A stretch of 63,887 nucleotides of DNA, filler included, from Reclinomonas americana ATCC 50394 (lineage: Eukaryota), in assembly GCA_048213135.1 (NCBI GenBank). It is 6 parts of 3 records of this genome, joined end to end, with 100 filler letters (N's around TTAATTAATTAA, not from the genome) between each part and the next. Parts side by side here need not be neighbours in the genome. Positions count along the whole stretch, not along the records: positions 54,130 to 60,008 come from PS015703.1; positions 60,109 to 63,887 come from PS015708.1; 4 more parts are not named here. One strand, 5' to 3'. Position numbers and translations under genes: made by a program. The notes below the pieces were generated by a model. It saw nothing but the letters and a program-made list of their open reading frames with translations, was not told where the DNA came from and made no database searches. Of this stretch, positions 57,508 to 63,887 are shown one piece after another (the stretch's first letter is position 1; every line of letters begins with the position of its first letter).

Positions 57508-59722
57508 ATGCGCGCGTTCGTACTCCTCGTCCTCGCCCTGGTGGCGGTCTTCGTCGCCACTGAGAGCGTCTCTGCAGTGCACAAGGTTCGAAGAACGAGA
57601 GGGGGGGTCGTCGTTTGAAAAAAGTTGGGGGTCATGTGCCGACATGGCTCTCACACACTTTCTCGCGCAGGTGTCGTTGAACAAGTTCCCGACCACCATC
57701 CGCCGCGACTTGCGCAAGTTGGGCGTGCCCGCGGACTTGATTGAGGTGAGTGTCTGTGAGAGAGAGAGAGAGCGTGACCTCGCGACTTACATGCGTTCGG
57801 GATAATCGTCGCACACTGGCACGCAAATGAGAGCATCTGTGTATGTGTGCGAGAGAGAGACAGAGAGTGAGGAAAGCGAGCGTATGTGCGCCAGTTGAAG
57901 TCGCGCTGTCTGAACATTGATGGATGGAGGTGCCGTCAAAACACCATGTGTGGTTGAGCATGCATGTCCACTTGAAGTCGCGTGCTCAGATCACTGATGA
58001 ACCGAGGTGCTTTCTTTGAACATGCGCATCCACTTGGAAGTCGCGATGTCTGATTGCTGAGATGAAGTCTCTGTCTTGCTCCTCCTTCCTCCTTCGTTGT
58101 CTCTCCTTCTTCTCTTTCCTTCCCTCTCTCTCCCTCTCTTTCTCTCACAACGTACTTTTTCCGACTGATGCACTTACTCTCTTTTCGCTCACACAGCCGC
58201 GTTTTGGTGGCTCCGCCAATGTGCCCATCTCGGTGTGTATCTCCCCATTGCTCACTTGCTTGCTCCGTTGTTGTTGTTGCTAATCATTAATATGCGCGCA
58301 GAACTACATGGATGCGCAATAGTTTCGCGCTGTATTCCTCTCTTTTGCTCGTCTGCTGCGTTCTCACGCGCTATGTTGCAGCTACATTGAGATCTGCATC
58401 GGAACTCCGTTGCGTCGCTTCTTTTGTGCCGATCGTTGGCTGTTTGCACTGGTGAATTGACTGTTCTTTTCGTGGTGCAGGTGCCAGAAGTTCAAGGTCA
58501 CTTCCCGCTCTCTCTCTCGTCTCTCCTCGCTGACTTTCTCTCTCGTTCTCACGTGCTGTTGGAGTAGGTGGTCCCCGACACGGGCTCTGCTAACCTGTTG
58601 CGTTGATGTTGATGGTGCTGATGCGCTCCTCACTGTGTGGCGATGCCTGACTTGCTCTGTGTCGTGCAGGTGGGTGCCAAGCCGCCACTGCCCCATTACC
58701 AACCTGCCGTGTTGCGTCCTCTGTTTCATGCGTTGCGGGGAGGCATCTGTCATCCGGTCCTTCGCGCGACTGTGACTCGAGTGCTCTGTCCCTGCTTTCT
58801 CTCCCATGCTCTTCTCACATTCCGTGTGTTCCTTTTTGTCCCTCGCTCATGGCTTCTTCTGTCATTCCTCTTGCCTCTATCTATTCGCGCTTTCCACCTC
58901 TCTGCAGGCCTCTGCACTCACTCCTCTCCCTCTCCCTCTCCCTCTCCCTCTCCCTCTCCCTCTCCCTCTCCCTCTCCCTCTCCCTCTCCCTCGTCTCCTC
59001 TCCCCTCTCACTCCCATTTCCCCCCACAGGCGACCTGCACAACCAGTACTACGATGGTATGCAACCCCCCACTCTCCCCGCTTCCCCATTCACGATCGCC
59101 GACCTCACCCATTCCCCCTTCCCCACCACAGACCGCTCTTCGACCTTTGTGAAGAACGGCACCGTGTTCTCCATCCAGTACGGCAGCGGCGCCTGCTCCG
59201 GCTACATCTCCCAGGAGACCGTCTCCGTCGGTGGCATCTCGGTTCGTCACCCTCCTCCCTTTTTGCCATGCCACCTCTTCTTCTCCCATTCTCCTCACCC
59301 TCATCACCCCCCACGCACAGGTCCAGAAGCAGCTCTTCGCCGAGGTGCTCGAGGAGCCCGGAATTGCCTTCCTGGCCGCCAAGTTCGACGGCATCATGGG
59401 TCTCGGCTGGCCGCGCATCTCGGTGACTGGCGCGCCGCCGGTGTTCACCAACATGGTGGACCAGAAGTTGGTCGACGAGCCGGTGTTCGCCTTCTGGCTC
59501 AACCGCAATGCCAACGCCACCGTCGGCGGCGAGCTCGTGTTTGGCGGCGTCGACCAGTCGCACTACACTGGCGCGTTCCACGACGTGCCGCTGACGAGCG
59601 AGACGTACTGGGCGTTCGAGGTGAGGAGTCGGGAAGGGGGAGCGTGCTGATTTCACCATTTCGTGCTCACTCTGTGTTTATGCGTGCAGTTCGAGGACTT
59701 TGCTTTCGCTGGCAAGTCGGCG
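57508..59722 (+). CDS. Cathepsin D-like aspartic protease (A1), 3' end missing at gap
   Basis: Signal peptide, NYMDAQYYIEICIGTP.QKFKVVPDTGSANLWVPS, IQYGSG, AAKFDGIMGLG, GGELVFGGVD. Confidence 0.95.
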
Positions 59723-60843
59723 GTGCGTAAATGACATCTTGTTCGCTCTCTCATTGTGAGATGGAGGCTGGGAAGAGGATGAGAGGGTGGACTCCTTTCT
59801 TTCTCCCTCTTTCTGTGTGTGCGTGTGTGTGTCTCTCTCTCTCTCTCTCTCCTCTTTTTTCTCCCAATGTTTCCTCATCCTCCCCCTCTCCCTCTACCTC
59901 ACCCCCTCCCTCTCCCTCTCCCTCTCCCTATTCCCTCCCTCTTTCTCCCTTCCCCCTTTCCCAATTCCCCTCCCGCCTCCTCCTCCCCCTCCCCCTCCCC
60001 CCTCCCCCNNNNNNNNNNNNNNNNNNNNNNNNNNNNNNNNNNNNNNNNNNNNTTAATTAATTAANNNNNNNNNNNNNNNNNNNNNNNNNNNNNNNNNNNN
60101 NNNNNNNNGAGAGAGAGAGAGAGAGAGGAAATATAAAGAGAGAGTGAAGATGAAGGACAACCACCAAGGGAGATATACAGAGAGGGAGAATGCGACCACA
60201 AAGGTGGATATATATACACAGGGAGGGAGAGAAGGGATATGTGGGTGGAGAGTGAAGGTGCACGGCGACGACAGCCACCGAGGGAGAACACGGAGAACGA
60301 GAGAGAAATGTGCTATGGAGAATGAACGTCAAGGATGACACAACCAACAAGGGAGAAACACAGAGAGTGTGAGGAGAATGAAGACCGACGACCACCAAGA
60401 GAACAGACAAAGGGAAATGCATGTGGGGATAACACAGATGAAGGACGATGACTACTACCAAGTGAGACAGGCAAAGAGGGAGCAAATGTGAATGTGCGTG
60501 GGGAGCATGCAGACGTAGGACGACGACGATCACCAAGGGGACAAGCAGAGAGGAAAAACACAGAGAGTGTGGGAGATTGAAGATCAAAGACGACCGCGAC
60601 AACCAGAGGAGAAACACGGAGAGAGAGAAAGAGTAAGAGAAAGGGAAACATATGTGGCGAGAACGAAGATGAAGGACGACGACGATCTCCAAAGGGAGAA
60701 TACGGAGAGGGAGAGAAATGGAACGTATGAGGGGAGAGTGAATATCGGGAGAAATAAGACGAAAGACGACGACCACCATCAAGGGAAAAAACATGAAGAG
60801 TGTGGGGAGAAAGAGAATTGTGTGGGGCGAATGAAAACAACGG

Positions 60844-63350
60844 TCACCAAGAGAAACGTGTGCGGAACTCTCGCAGAGAGAGTGCGCTGAATCGCGAACA
60901 AAACAGCCAGCGAGACAGGAACTGCGATTGCACGCTCGAGGCGAGACGAATCGTCTCGATACACACATCGCCAGCAGAGACATCACCAGAAACCACGCCA
61001 CAGAAATCTCTGCAGATCTCAAACACAGACACCAATCCTTCTCCAATACCTTGGTTGTACTGATGCTCGAGTTCCGCCCGCTCCCTCCGATACCGCAGCG
61101 CACGCTCACGCAACATGGTCTCCTCACGCTGCCGCAACTCGGCCGTCAGTCTCTGAATAACCACCCGCTCCATTTCCGCCAACACTCGCTCCATGCCGTC
61201 CTGTGCAGGCGGTGTGAGCCACGACGCTTCTCCCTTCACCCTACAGAGAAGCCACACGCACCTGGAACTTGCCATGCGCCGCCGCCGTGATGATTCCGCT
61301 CGACAGCGCCGACGTCTCGCTGCTGATGGGTGGTGGTGATACAGGTGCGTGAGCCGGCTGCGGTCGAGAGGCCGCAACTGGAGGCGCACTGGCGGGAAGT
61401 GCAGGAGGTGCTGGATGTGGTGGCGATGCAGCGGCAGGTGGTTGAGAGCGAGTGTGTGACGGCGTGAGTGCGCGGGGTGAGCCGTTTTCGGCGCCGTCCA
61501 CTTGAAACGAGACCGGAGTCAACGCAGCGGCCTCGATATCCGCCACCTGTGCAGCTGGCGTTTCGGGGCCAGTCCCAAACACCGCCTTCTCGAGTGCATG
61601 ATCGCCGCCGGCGGCGGCAGTGGCGGTCGTTGATGAGGACTTGCTCGCGTCGAAATGGAGTGGATCGTGACGGCCGGGCACGTAAATCTCCACGTCGGCC
61701 GATTTGACTCGTCGGCCACCACTCGAGGGAGACTTGCTCTGTGGCGATCAAGCAAAGATTTAGGACAACAAGCATCACAACCTCCCTGTTGAATTTGCCT
61801 CTCCCACCTTGCCCAACGAACGCCGCCGTGCTGGCAACGGATCCAGCGTGTCCAACAGCCCCGCGTCCTCGCCCACGGCCAGGTGCGGAAACATCTGTAC
61901 CACGAAGATGAGATTGAGTGATTCAGTCGACTGCTTGCCTGCACTTCCGCAATCATAGACCTCGCACAACGCCGCGCACAGTTGTGCGGCCGTCTCCCGC
62001 ACGCTGCGTATTTTGTGATGCCGTGCCCGGTTGCCCTCGGTCAGAATGTCGTATGACCGCTCTTGCAAGGCGCGCATGGCGAGCGACGGCGAAGGTGGTG
62101 CTGACGACGAACTCTGCAACAATAATGAGACTGGGCAACTGGCTCGGGAGCAAATGACTGGACACACGAACCCTACTAAGCTGCGTCAGCGGCAGCCCCA
62201 AACAGAGTGTGTACAGCGTCTCCAGTGCCCCGTGTTGTGCGTCCCATTCCGAAGTGAGCTGCGCCGAAACCGCAGAGGTGCCAGCGGAGCCCGCAAGCGC
62301 ACTCGCGGAACCTGCCACCGTGGCCGCCAAGCCCGAGGGTGGCTGCGCGTCGACAGATCAGACGAATTATTTTGGGAAAGAAGGCACCTTGCAGCACTTG
62401 CTTTTCTCTCTTTCTCTTGCTCTCTCACAAATGCACACACATACCATTCAAGAGTAGTGTGCGTGTGTGTGTGTGTGTGAGTGTCTCAGTTATTACATAC
62501 CACCAACGTCTGAATGCAGTGATCGATGAGGATATGCACGTGCTGCTCGGTGAGGTGCATGCGCAGCACCTCGACCATTCGTTGCGCCACCGCGAACCGT
62601 TCGGTGCAGGTGAGAATGTGCTTGGCTGTGTGTGTTCCGCGCAAGTGTTAAACAGTCACGACCATCACCAAAACACCCCACCACTCACTTCGCGCACGCA
62701 ACTGCAAAGCTGGAGAAACGTGCGCACGGCCACCAGCAACTGGTCACCGGCCGCAGCCACCACCGTCTCCGAGAGACCCTGCAACACGTGATCGAGACAC
62801 ATGCACACAGTTCGCTGCGTGTCCACGTTGCGCGTGCTCAGCTTCTTCATCAGCGGCTCCACCAGCAGCACCACCACCACCACTCCGTGCTCGGCACTGG
62901 AGGAGGGCTGGTGGTCCACGGCGGCGCACACCACCAGCTCGGTGAGTGCGTGGAAGACCTTGGCGAGTTCCTCGCGGGTGGGGCGGTCGCGTTCTCGCGT
63001 GTTGGCCAGCAGTTTTTTCACAATGCTGCCGACGTGTTCCAGGAGGCCCACGCCGAGGAGGGAGACTGAGAGGGGGAAGGGAAGGGAAGGGGAAGGGGAA
63101 GGGGAAGGAGAAGGGGAAGGAGACGGAGGAAGGGAGGAAGGGGGAGTATGTGAGAAATGGGGGAAGAAAGGGGAAAGGAAGGGGGAAGGATATGAGAAAT
63201 AAGGAAAGGTGAGAAAGGAGACAGATACAGACAGAGAGAGAAATGGAGGCAACGCAGAAACTGCATAACGATCGACAGAACTCACGAGTGCGACAAGCGA
63301 GAATCGTTAGATCCCTCGCGATTGACGGAGGTGAACTGAGTGCGTGAACC
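60844..63350 (-). CDS. HEAT/ARM-repeat protein resembling TORTIFOLIA1/SPIRAL2 N-terminal domain, with coiled coil; 5' end probably off window
   Basis: IVKKLLANTRERDRPTRE, VEPLMKKLSTRNVDTQRTVCMCL, SEWDAQHGALETL and RHHKIRSVRETA parallel recalled TOR1 motifs. Confidence 0.6.
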
Positions 63351-63887
63351 AAAGAGTGACCAAGTGACACGATGAGGATATGATGAGTGGGCAAACCGGA
63401 GAGGGTGACTAAAGGGCGAGAGAAAGTCAACGACAGACGAGAATTGAAGTCATTCGCGAGAGGGAGAGAGAGAAAGAGACAGACAGACAACAAGAAGCAA
63501 GCGATCGCAGAAAAAGGCAACAGAGTAGCAAACATAGTGCATCGCGAGTGGCTGTAGATACCGAGCGAGAACGGATTGTGAATGGCACAGAGCATACGAG
63601 AACGATCAGCGAAGAACGAGCATCGTGACGAGGCGTCATAAAGAAGACATCGAGAGAGAGAGGGAGAGGGAGGGAGAGAGACAGAGATGTGTCACACACT
63701 GTACGAGACGATTCAACACGATCAAGACAGGTGCGCGACAGGAACCGAGAAGCAGACTTTGCGATTGACAGTGACGACAGGTACCAAGCAATCATCGAAG
63801 GGGGAAGAGGAGAGGAGAGCCGGAGAGAGAATTGCCACCAAAGAACAACGTAAAAGCGCATCGCGAGAGACAGAGGCGGCAAGATCA

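Noticed and set aside
57990..58062. Possible box C/D snoRNA in cathepsin D intron 2 (TGATGA...CTGA)
   Set aside because: Imperfect C box, weak terminal stem and no recognisable rRNA guide; cannot be supported without a search.
58409..58480. Non-canonical TT..AG or TT..GG introns as an explanation for GTTGCG donors
   Set aside because: At sites such as 18033, 26126 and 47299 the downstream exon does not start with G, so only GT-AG boundaries keep the conserved frame.

Overview
Eukaryotic (probably aerobic protist) genomic DNA from a draft assembly with N gaps and TTAATTAATTAA linkers. It is gene-dense and intron-rich, with about 25 genes. Many intergenic distances are under 150 bp, most introns are 60-100 nt, and some introns are expanded with microsatellites. 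Genes rebuilt by hand: EF-hand-containing proline dehydrogenase, a tandem array of intronless WD40 genes, a TauD-like dioxygenase, an RNFT-like RING ligase, a non-LTR retrotransposon relic, eIF3e, NAD kinase, an FN3 protein, two tandem GDXG esterases, phospholipase B-like, methylmalonyl-CoA mutase, HSL-like lipase, ABC1/ADCK kinase, ERMES Mdm34, a calmodulin-like protein, an SH3 protein, cathepsin D and a TORTIFOLIA1-like HEAT protein. The most striking signal is in splicing. Introns that follow an exon ending in G use ordinary GTRNG-type donors, while introns that follow an exon ending in A, C or T almost always begin GTTGCG/GTTNNG, the same motif shifted one base into the intron. A 1-nt micro-exon also appears to be needed to build an EF-hand loop. 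All gene models and family calls come from manual reading and recalled motifs, not from database searches or transcripts.
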